A stretch of DNA of 62,715 bases from a virus (Duplodnaviria > Caudoviricetes). Positions 55,345 through 62,715 of this stretch are shown one piece after another (the first letter of the stretch is position 1; every line of letters starts with the position of its first letter). The notes below the pieces were generated by a model that saw only the letters and a program-made list of their open reading frames with translations, did no database searches and was not told the DNA's origin. A program made the position numbers and the translations under genes. The stretch is taken from positions 1-62,715 of IMG/VR virus record IMGVR_UViG_3300008108_000056; one strand, given 5' to 3'.

Positions 55345-56262
55345 ATGAAAAACACCCATCTAGAGCATCCTGAAGATTCTGTGCTGCTGGGCAAGCAATC
55401 TGTTCAGCAAGTTATCAATTTCCTTCGTGATCGCAATTCTACTGTCAGTGTGAAGTGGGACGGTGCTCCTGCTATTGTATTTGGCACGAATCCTGAGAAT
55501 GGTAAGTTCTTTGTTGGAACTAAGAGTGTATTCAACAAGGTAAAAGTTAAGATCAATTATACTCATGCTGACATCGAGAAGAATCACAGCAACAATCCGA
55601 AAGTTGCTGGTGTACTTCATACCTGTCTTGAAGCATTGCCGAGGGTGGAAGGGATTTATCAGGGTGATTTTATTGGTTATGGTGGTGAAACTACTCTTAA
55701 AGCAAATACTATTACCTATATTTTTGATCCTGAACACCGATATATTCCTCATTGCTCTATCGTGTTTGCTTGTCACACATCTTATACTGGAAGTTCGATC
55801 AAAGAACTGACTGCATCTTTCAGTGTGCCTGAGTATCTGAAGAATAACTTTATGTCAACCTATTTTGTAAATACCAATGCACACATTACCTCCCGTCGTC
55901 GTAGAGTTGATTACATTCTTGGTCTTGCAAGTGTGGTTAGCAATTTTGTTAAATACCCTACGGACAAGAAAGAGATCGAAAGACTGAAGATTGCCATTAA
56001 CAAGTGTATCAAAGAGAATCGTCCTGTTGATTGTATCTCTGGCAATATGTTGCTGCTGTTCAATCTCATCACTCAAGCAAAGGAATTGATCATGGAAGGT
56101 CTTGCATCTTGCGAGATTGTTGATACGATCATTGATCTTGGTGTTGACTATGAAGTGGTCAATCATGAGGGTTTCGTTGCTAGTAACAAGTTCGGCACGT
56201 TTAAGTTAGTCAAACGTCAGCAATTCTCGTTCTATAACTTTACTTTACAGAAGACGTGGTGA
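55345..56262 (+). CDS. DUF6267-like protein (KxDG ligase/nucleotidyltransferase-like motif)
   Basis: KNTHLEHPED, SVKWDGAPAIVFG, FFVGTKSVFNK, YQGD, HEGFV, KLVKR..FS..NF. Confidence 0.7.
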   Translation: MKNTHLEHPEDSVLLGKQSVQQVINFLRDRNSTVSVKWDGAPAIVFGTNPENGKFFVGTKSVFNKVKVKINYTHADIEKNHSNNPKVAGVLHTCLEALPRVEGIYQGDFIGYGGETTLKANTITYIFDPEHRYIPHCSIVFACHTSYTGSSIKELTASFSVPEYLKNNFMSTYFVNTNAHITSRRRRVDYILGLASVVSNFVKYPTDKKEIERLKIAINKCIKENRPVDCISGNMLLLFNLITQAKELIMEGLASCEIVDTIIDLGVDYEVVNHEGFVASNKFGTFKLVKRQQFSFYNFTLQKTW

Positions 56263-56265
56263 TCC

Positions 56266-56331
56266 ATAAGCAACACTGATCGTTTAGGGGTTGACTCTGT
56301 GCCCGTTTTGCCCTATCATTACAAAGTAATC
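56266..56331 (+). promoter_or_regulatory. early promoter cassette with LysR-like box
   Basis: ATAAG-N5-CTGAT, 10 bp, TTGACT-17 bp-TATCAT, ATTACAAAGTAATC. Confidence 0.72.
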
Positions 56332-56343
56332 GACAGAACACAC

Positions 56344-56556
56344 ATGTGGGACGAAATCATGGACATGCCTGGTGAAATCTTCGATTTTAGTGAAGAAGAT
56401 CGTAAGGAAATGATGCAAGACTGGGCAGAGATTCAGGAAGAAAATGAAGAACCTGGATGGGATCTGAATGGTTTCGATGATATTGATGATCGTGATATGA
56501 TGCCTCTTGATATGCAAGACGACATCGAGAAAGATGACCCTCTGCTGGATGATTGA
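56344..56556 (+). CDS. highly acidic small protein
   Basis: MWDEIMDMPGEIFD...; very D/E rich. Confidence 0.6.
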   Translation: MWDEIMDMPGEIFDFSEEDRKEMMQDWAEIQEENEEPGWDLNGFDDIDDRDMMPLDMQDDIEKDDPLLDD

Positions 56557-56638
56557 TGAACATTGTTGACCTTTCTCTTCTTGCCACTTTTATACTTCTA
56601 GTGGGTGGCATTGTATTCTTCTTCAAGGCAATCTACCG

Positions 56639-56833
56639 ATGACTGACGGTTACACTTTCAATCGAGTTGAGTTCACTGCAAACGAAGAGACTTGCATCCT
56701 TAAGTTTCTCAATCAAGCACGAGAATGTGGGTATCCTAGTGCTAACGAAGAATGGTATCCTGTTATTGATTCTATCTTTCAAAAGTTCTTCAATTCTAAC
56801 ATCAAAGAAGCACAAGAGTTTCAGACACGATGA
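56639..56833 (+). CDS. hypothetical protein
   Basis: Packed ORF. Confidence 0.55.
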   Translation: MTDGYTFNRVEFTANEETCILKFLNQARECGYPSANEEWYPVIDSIFQKFFNSNIKEAQEFQTR

Positions 56834-56972
56834 AGTATATTGTTGAGTTATACGTTGGTGGCAAAGTCTTCAAGGAAGAAGTATATGCTACCAACCCCAA
56901 AGATGCGAGGGAGACTGCACTTGCTCGCAATCCCAAAGCAAAAGTTATCGGTGTAAATGTAAGTTTTAACTA

Positions 56973-57179
56973 ATGGAAAACAAGGCACGAATCCTGTCTA
57001 GTTTAGTTCTGTGTGTTGCATACATCATCACTTTGTATGTTGACACAACCCTAGGATCTAGGTTATACTTGTGTGGCAATGCTCTGGCACTCCCATACAT
57101 GATTAAGAACAAATGTTGGGATATTGTTGCATTGCTTGCGTTCTTCATTGTTGTAGGTCTTCCTAGAGCAATCTCATGA
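56973..57179 (+). CDS. small membrane protein
   Basis: Three hydrophobic segments. Confidence 0.6.
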   Translation: MENKARILSSLVLCVAYIITLYVDTTLGSRLYLCGNALALPYMIKNKCWDIVALLAFFIVVGLPRAIS

Positions 57180-57451
57180 AGTTGTTATTTCACAAACCAC
57201 CAGAGGGTTATCACTATGAACGCACAGATTTCAAGAAAGATATATCTGCAATCTGGATTGTCAATGATAGGCATTTTGACTATTGTGGGTGCTCTGGTGT
57301 TAAGTCTATCTGGGGATTCTACAACTCAAAGACAAAACAATTCCACTCACCAGTTAATAGTAAGACAGTGGGTAATGTAGTCGATCTGAATAGAACTACT
57401 GCCTACAGTGCGATGATAAAGTTAAAAGATAAGTTGACCGAATCAGTCTGA
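57176..57451 (+). CDS. hypothetical protein
   Basis: HKPPEGY.Y, IWGFYN.K, TTAYSAM. Confidence 0.65.
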   Translation: MKLLFHKPPEGYHYERTDFKKDISAIWIVNDRHFDYCGCSGVKSIWGFYNSKTKQFHSPVNSKTVGNVVDLNRTTAYSAMIKLKDKLTESV

Positions 57452-57504
57452 TAAGCACTGCTAATGGATCAGGGGTTGACTTTCGACTCCTGATCCTTTA
57501 TTGT
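57429..57504 (+). promoter_or_regulatory. early promoter cassette with tandem LysR-like boxes
   Basis: ATAAG-N5-CGAAT (57429), ATAAG-N5-CTAAT (57451), TTGACT (57476) in a hairpin, -17 bp- TATTGT. Confidence 0.7.
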
Positions 57505-57527
57505 ATTCACATACCAATCAAATCACT

Positions 57528-58760
57528 ATGAAACTGCGACTTCACCAATCCCGTGTGCTCGATGCAATGAACCAGCACAAGATCGGTCAGATCGTTATTC
57601 CTACTGGTGGTGGTAAGACTCTTTGCATGATCATGAATCTGCTGCAACGTTTTGTGCAGAATCCTGGTCAGGTTGCTGTTGTTGTTGCTCCTCGTATTCT
57701 GCTTGCTGAGCAACTCTCCGCAGAGTTTCTGGAGTTTATCACCAGTGCAAATGTGATGCACGTTCACAGTGGTGAAACTCATCACTATTCTTCTACCAAG
57801 TCTGACAAGATTGCGGAGTGGGTTGTTAATCATGCGGACACCAATCGTATCATCTTCACCACCTATCATTCTCTCGGTCGTGTTGTTGATGCTGGTGTAG
57901 ATATTGACGTTGCCTATTTCGATGAGGCACACAATTCTACGCAGAAGAAGCACTTTATTGCCACTGCTGCTGTATCTCTGTCCGCAGATAGCAAGTATTT
58001 CTTTACTGCTACTCCCAAACATCACACCAATCCTGGTGCTAATGGCATGAACAACTTTGAGATCTACGGAAAGATCATTGAGACTGTTCGTGCTCAAGAA
58101 CTGATCGAGACTGGTTGCATCATTCCTCCGCAAGTTGATACCTACAAAGTAGATATTACCCGTGACAAACGCACTGCTGCTGAGGCAGACCGCAACATGA
58201 TTGTGGACATTCTCGATAACATCGAGCATGACAATCCTAAGGTGCTCGTTGCTGCTCCTAGCACAAAAGTGATGTGGAATATGCTCACTAACTCTGACAT
58301 CCTGAAAGAGTTGGAAGATCGTGGATATGGCATCCTTCACATTACATCTAAGCATGGTGCCTATGTTAATCGTACAAAGGTGAATCGTGAGAAGTTCTTT
58401 GACACTCTGACCGAGTGGGGCAAAGACAAATCTAAGAAGTTTGTGCTGCTTCACTATAGCATCCTGTCCGAAGGTATCAACGTTCCTGGTCTCTCTCACT
58501 GCATTATGTTGCGTCAGATGCCTATCATCGAGATGGCACAAACTGTGGGTCGTGTGATTCGTATGGACAAAGATGATGCTGCTGATATTGCATCTGGCAA
58601 GATTCCTGCTGGTGCATGTCATCTGTATCGCAAGCAGTTTGGTAGTGTGATCGTGCCTGTGTTCACCAACTACGGTAGTGCTATTGCCAAACGTTTGCAG
58701 GGTGTTGTTGATACCATCTTCGTGCAAGGTATGCCTGCCATCTCTACCATGACTCGGTGA
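57528..58760 (+). CDS. SF2 DEAD/DEAH-box helicase (ResIII-like)
   Basis: LRLHQ, PTGGGKT, APRILLAEQL, TTYHS, FDEAHN, TAT, LSEGINVP, QTVGRVIR. Confidence 0.93.
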   Translation: MKLRLHQSRVLDAMNQHKIGQIVIPTGGGKTLCMIMNLLQRFVQNPGQVAVVVAPRILLAEQLSAEFLEFITSANVMHVHSGETHHYSSTKSDKIAEWVVNHADTNRIIFTTYHSLGRVVDAGVDIDVAYFDEAHNSTQKKHFIATAAVSLSADSKYFFTATPKHHTNPGANGMNNFEIYGKIIETVRAQELIETGCIIPPQVDTYKVDITRDKRTAAEADRNMIVDILDNIEHDNPKVLVAAPSTKVMWNMLTNSDILKELEDRGYGILHITSKHGAYVNRTKVNREKFFDTLTEWGKDKSKKFVLLHYSILSEGINVPGLSHCIMLRQMPIIEMAQTVGRVIRMDKDDAADIASGKIPAGACHLYRKQFGSVIVPVFTNYGSAIAKRLQGVVDTIFVQGMPAISTMTR

Positions 58761-58790
58761 GTTCTTTACACTTTCACTTTTTTCGTGATC

Positions 58791-58821
58791 GGGGCTATCA
58801 GGGATGACCTGATGCCCCTTT
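58791..58821 (+). terminator. hairpin after the helicase
   Basis: GGGGC(T)ATCAGG/CCTGATGCCCC stem followed by TTT. Confidence 0.5.
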
Positions 58822-59345
58822 GCCGTAGAATTGCAGATTATTTGGGTTTTGACCCCAGTGGTGGCAAGGGTTCTCAGGTGAGACTCCCCCTAGACTGATG
58901 GCAGCAGCAGACCCTAGCATCATTCCCCACTGTGCCAGTCACTCAAACTGTCCACCAATCCCCCCAAAGGGCACCGATGCCCCCTATGATTACAAAGTAA
59001 TCGGAAATCACTCAAATGCAACGACTCGATGTTATCTGTCCTTCCGCACCTTGGGAGAACACTACTACCGATGAAGATCGTGCATGGGATCTCTGTCTTT
59101 CTCTCTCTGAGGAATACGGTTATGCACAAGTTCGTCAGAATGGTATCATCATCGGTGATTACACTAACGGTCGCTGAATCATGAAAAACTATCGTGTTCG
59201 TGTTGAAACCTACGATCAATGTGTTACCATTTGGTATGAGAAAAGCAAGGCAAAGTCCGCAGACAAATTGATTCTCAACCGTGTCTACAATCAACTCTGT
59301 GGGTTGAACATTAAGGAAATCTCTGTTACTCCATCTGTCTGAATC

Positions 59346-59543
59346 ATGCAATTCCAAGTTATTGACATCGAGTTTGATTTTGATGAAGATGATGACTTTC
59401 CCGAGCATGAGTTTAGTAATATCTTCTACGAAACTATCGGTATGATTTGGGAGGCAGATGATGAAGATGAACTAGTCGAAGAGATCACTGCTGCTACTGG
59501 TTGGTGTATCAAATCCATTGATTATCGTCACGTTCTGAAATGA
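59346..59543 (+). CDS. acidic hypothetical protein
   Basis: FQV.DIEFDF...WEADDEDELVEEIT.ATGWCIKSIDYR. Confidence 0.65.
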   Translation: MQFQVIDIEFDFDEDDDFPEHEFSNIFYETIGMIWEADDEDELVEEITAATGWCIKSIDYRHVLK

Positions 59544-59734
59544 GTTTCGACTTTCTTCTCGCAGCAATCCTATCAGCACGGGCAGCAAATACTGTTCCCA
59601 ATGCTGAATATGTGGATCGGTATTGTGCCGAGTTAGTTGGTATTCCCTACGCATCTGACAACTTTACAGATAGTGAATGGGCACAATTTAAGACATGTAG
59701 AGAAGTTATGAATGAACGTAGGACCTATCAGTAA
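59540..59734 (+). CDS. hypothetical protein
   Basis: CAELVGIPYASDNF. Confidence 0.55.
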   Translation: MSFDFLLAAILSARAANTVPNAEYVDRYCAELVGIPYASDNFTDSEWAQFKTCREVMNERRTYQ

Positions 59735-59792
59735 CACTAATCATTCAGGGGTTGACTCTGTGCCCCATCCGTCCTACCATTACAAAGTAATC
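59727..59792 (+). promoter_or_regulatory. early promoter cassette with LysR-like box
   Basis: ATCAG-N5-CTAAT, 10 bp, TTGACT-17 bp-TACCAT, ATTACAAAGTAATC. Confidence 0.7.
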
Positions 59793-59981
59793 AGGAAACG
59801 ACATGGATCGCAATCGCACCCGAATTGCGTATTAAATACTGCTTCGAGTTTCTCACTGGTTATGTTGCTGATGGTGATGATCTGATGGCAGGTCGTTGTT
59901 ACGATGGCATCGCAAAGTACAGTGACAAACTTGACTGGTCCGAAGCACACTTCTGATTCCATTCTTTACACTCACAAACAA

Positions 59982-60266
59982 ATGTCTAACTACGTTTGCA
60001 TCACTTTCGGTCCTCGCAATGATGATCCTGCACAATTCTGGAATGAGAGAACTTTCTGGGATCGTCAATCACAAGCAGAAAAGTGGGGTTTGCAATCTCT
60101 CTCGATCGCAGGAACTTTCGGTTACGTTGTGATCGAAGATGGAGAGGATTCGTGGAAGATTGTGGATGAACTAGGAGCACCTGCTAATGCTGTAAGTGTG
60201 AGTGCTGAGTATAAAGGTGGAGTGACCTATTCTGTTCAACCTGCCCCTGTACTTCTCGGAGTCTGA
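59982..60266 (+). CDS. hypothetical protein
   Basis: ATG after an A/C-rich leader. Confidence 0.6.
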   Translation: MSNYVCITFGPRNDDPAQFWNERTFWDRQSQAEKWGLQSLSIAGTFGYVVIEDGEDSWKIVDELGAPANAVSVSAEYKGGVTYSVQPAPVLLGV

Positions 60267-60729
60267 TGAACTACAGAATGAAGATTGTGTTCTCTCCAAT
60301 TATCTCCTGGCATCGACATATTACAGGATATTGGGAGAAGAAACTACCACATCTTCCTGGAGCAAACTCTAAACAATTCTGGAACATTATCAACGGAAAC
60401 TGATGAACAAGCAAATGCAAATGATCGAGATTCTGCAAGACGAATGCCGCAAAGATGTGGATCTCCTCGATACTATCATTGAGGAATATGTGTTGGGATT
60501 GAATGCTTCTGAGGAGGCAAATCTAGAAGATTTCATTGTCAACAATTTCGGAGATCTGTGATGCCTATTCGTTATTGGATTGCTGGTGCATGTGCGTTCT
60601 CCGTTATCATCGGTTGGAACGTATTCTTGATTGCTCGTGATAATCAACTGTTCCGTGCTCAACAACAACGTGCTGCGGAAGTCTGTAAGATGGTTGCAGA
60701 GTTTCAGTACGATTGCAAGGGAAAGACTC

Positions 60730-60806
60730 ATTAATTCTGCTTATCAGACCCATAAGCAAAGATGATCACCCAACCCCTTGACCTGACCCCTGATCCGTGC
60801 CATACT
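60730..60806 (+). promoter_or_regulatory. early promoter cassette with tandem LysR-like boxes
   Basis: ATTAA-N5-CTTAT (60730), ATAAG-N5-ATGAT (60752), TTGACC (60778) -17 bp- CATACT. Confidence 0.7.
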
Positions 60807-60852
60807 ATGTTCATCGGGGGTTGAGAGAGATCCCCACCACAAACATCCTCAA

Positions 60853-61107
60853 ATGACTGTTACTTTCCAAACCAACATTGCAGACAAAACCTACAACGGT
60901 TGGACTAACTACGAAACCTGGAATGTTGCACTGTGGATCGGAAATGATGAAGGTCTGTATGATCTTGCTCGCAACTTCACTGATTACGATGATCTCGTCA
61001 CCGTGCTTTATGAAGAGTTTGGACAGAAGCAAACTCCTGACGGTGTGAAGTGGAACGATCGTAAGATCAACCGCATCGAACTCAACGAAATGCTCCAAGA
61101 TCTCTGA
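60853..61107 (+). CDS. conserved hypothetical phage protein
   Basis: YNGWTNYETWNVALWIGNDEGLY motif. Confidence 0.75.
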   Translation: MTVTFQTNIADKTYNGWTNYETWNVALWIGNDEGLYDLARNFTDYDDLVTVLYEEFGQKQTPDGVKWNDRKINRIELNEMLQDL

Positions 61108-61135
61108 TTTAACTAACACACAAAACACTCAAATC

Positions 61136-61351
61136 ATGAAACTGTTCATCATCAACAACGTCCTCTCTGATTATACTGACGGCATGGCAGTGATTGCTGC
61201 TGAGTCTAAAGAACAGTGCCGTGAGTTGTTTATCAAAGAGTTCAGTGAGTATCATGCTGATGAGTTCGATAAGTATGCAACCTTTACTGTTATCGAATCG
61301 GTTGGACTTGACGAGGCAGGTATAGTTCAATATGTGTACGGTGGTGGTTAG
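61136..61351 (+). CDS. hypothetical protein
   Basis: VLSDYTDGM.VIAA; ends YGGG. Confidence 0.6.
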   Translation: MKLFIINNVLSDYTDGMAVIAAESKEQCRELFIKEFSEYHADEFDKYATFTVIESVGLDEAGIVQYVYGGG

Positions 61352-61746
61352 TTTTGTCTCGTAAATCCCTCACTTTCAAAGCACCTAATTCCATGAATCT
61401 GATCACTGTTCTGATCATCGTCCTCTGTGTAATCTCTCCCCAGATGCGTTATACTGTAGGCAGTGCATTTATCTTCATCGGTAACACTCTCCAAGGTGAA
61501 ATCAAATGAGTCGGGAACAACGTCAAACGAACGCAATCCGCAATCAAACAATCCAAATCCGACCTGTCCTGTTTAACAACAAACCCACAAACAAGAATCA
61601 CAAATGAGTTACAAAGATCTGCTAATCGAGTCCGAGCAATATGTTATCAATGCACGAGAATCTAACTTCACCGATGAACAAATCATGACTGATCTTATCA
61701 TCGAGTTTGATATTCAAGAAGAAGACGCAATCTACTTCCTCGCACA

Positions 61747-62013
61747 ATGACCAACGATCTCTACACTGAAATCCTTAAATCTGAACGCACTCCAATGACA
61801 CTGACCGAAGCACAATTTGATCAACTGAAAGAGACCTATGCCTACATGATTGTGGACGATATGGATATGAAAACTCTGATCCAACTTGCCACTGACACTA
61901 TCATCGACAATCTCAAATCGTATGATCAAGATGAACTCAGGGATGAAATCGTAGAACTGTATGATGAAGAAGTCCTAGACAATCTCCTGCAAGAAGTTAT
62001 CACTGAAGGTTGA
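61747..62013 (+). CDS. acidic hypothetical protein
   Basis: YAYMIVDDMDMKTL. Confidence 0.6.
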   Translation: MTNDLYTEILKSERTPMTLTEAQFDQLKETYAYMIVDDMDMKTLIQLATDTIIDNLKSYDQDELRDEIVELYDEEVLDNLLQEVITEG

Positions 62014-62268
62014 CAAAATGAAAGACTTCACCTATACTGATCCCTGTACGATTGCTCTACAGTATGAACAACAATATAGGGACAATCTAGACTGGGATGA
62101 TCTACTCTCCCCTGATGAATACCTAGACCATCTTGATCGCAAACTGTATGAACAATCGAATCGTTACTAACATCGACAACGAACAACTCAGTGAAATCAT
62201 CATGGAAGAAATCATGCAGTTGGATGATACGGAGATCGAAAAGTATGTAGAGTCGATGATTGCGGAAC

Positions 62269-62312
62269 TTTTCCACAGTTATTGTTAATTTTGTGGAAAA
62301 ACCTGTGGAAAA
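62269..62312. promoter_or_regulatory. cluster of three DnaA boxes
   Basis: TTTTCCACA at 62269 (+); TGTGGAAAA at 62292 and 62304 (-). Confidence 0.6.
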
Positions 62313-62387
62313 AGAAATACCTTAATTAATATAGGGTGAGTGTTTGTTATCTCTTGTAAATGTGCTGAGTTGATGTAAGTTAAGCCG

Positions 62388-62416
62388 ACAATACCACGAA
62401 ACCCCACAAATGTCAA
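62388..62416 (-). promoter_or_regulatory. leftward sigma70 promoter
   Basis: Reverse strand TTGACA-17 bp-TATTGT. Confidence 0.6.
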
Positions 62417-62427
62417 GATCCCAGACC

Positions 62428-62503
62428 ATCAGAATACCTGATCACCCCCATAAGCAACACTTATCCGAAAACACTTGACTTCCCCTGCCAGATGCCCTAT
62501 ATT
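62428..62503 (+). promoter_or_regulatory. early promoter cassette with two perfect LysR-like palindromes
   Basis: ATCAG-N5-CTGAT (62428), ATAAG-N5-CTTAT (62450), TTGACT (62475) -17 bp- TATATT. Confidence 0.75.
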
Positions 62504-62569
62504 GAGTGCATCGGAGGGAAGGGAAACAACCCAACCCCCACAACTCTCAAACCTTCTCAAGTCTCTCCC

Positions 62570-62715
62570 ATGCGTAAGATCGAACGACTGATGAATGCTG
62601 CTATCACTGCAGGCAAAGATTGGAAACTCGATAACACTGAGGTCGTTTCATGTTCTCATGTTTCTGATGTCTATCTGCACGGCAATCTGATTGCTCGCAT
62701 TGGTGAAACTTGGAT
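62570..62715 (+). CDS. hypothetical early protein (partial, runs off the window)
   Basis: MRKIERLMNAAI...NTEV...VYLHGNLIA. Confidence 0.65.
   Translation, partial: MRKIERLMNAAITAGKDWKLDNTEVVSCSHVSDVYLHGNLIARIGETW

Noticed and set aside
57507-58727. 406-aa minus-strand ORF opposite the helicase
   Set aside because: Codon-register mirror of a well-supported gene; biased codon usage removes antisense stops; no motifs, promoter or RBS
62028-62276. 82-aa minus-strand ORF downstream of the leftward promoter
   Set aside because: GTG start lies inside a DnaA box, no RBS, and it is antisense to plausible short plus-strand ORFs
52935-62503. Recurring ~30-60 bp sequences considered as a CRISPR array
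   Set aside because: Copies are 0.8-2.3 kb apart, separated by genes, and contain -35/-10 boxes; they are promoter cassettes

Overview
This 62.7-kb window is a segment of a T4-like cyanophage (cyanomyovirus, Kyanoviridae-like). The cyanobacterial host is inferred from CP12, the 3' end of a cyanobacterial-type porin gene and a DUF1825-like gene. Layout: (1) 1-8.5 kb: porin end, 2 tRNAs, glutaredoxin, RNase H, thyX, phoH, exonuclease, gp33, gp59, gp32. (2) 8.6-25.5 kb: baseplate/tail module (gp53, gp48, gp4, gp2-like, gp54, gp26/gp51, two paralogous tape-measure-like giants, hub, gp5), interrupted by CP12, tRNA-Val and rlpA and followed by 3 more tRNAs. (3) 25.5-36 kb: tail-fibre/structural genes. 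(4) 36-44 kb: a flavin-dependent halogenase followed by eight 2OG-Fe(II)/JmjC oxygenases. (5) 44-62.7 kb: a dense array of small early ORFs driven by repeated sigma70-type promoter cassettes. The strongest unexplained signals are four: a T-TTT-TTC -1 slippery site that would fuse gp26 to gp51 just upstream of the tape-measure-like genes; a LysR-type palindrome (AT(A/C)AG-N5-CT(G/A/T)AT) fixed 10-11 bp upstream of seven early -35 boxes, often in 22-bp tandem pairs; an origin-like locus at 62.27-62.50 kb (three TTTTCCACA DnaA boxes, an AT-rich tract and divergent promoters); and a structured RNA leader before rlpA. All assignments come from reading motifs by eye; no database searches or folding programs were run.
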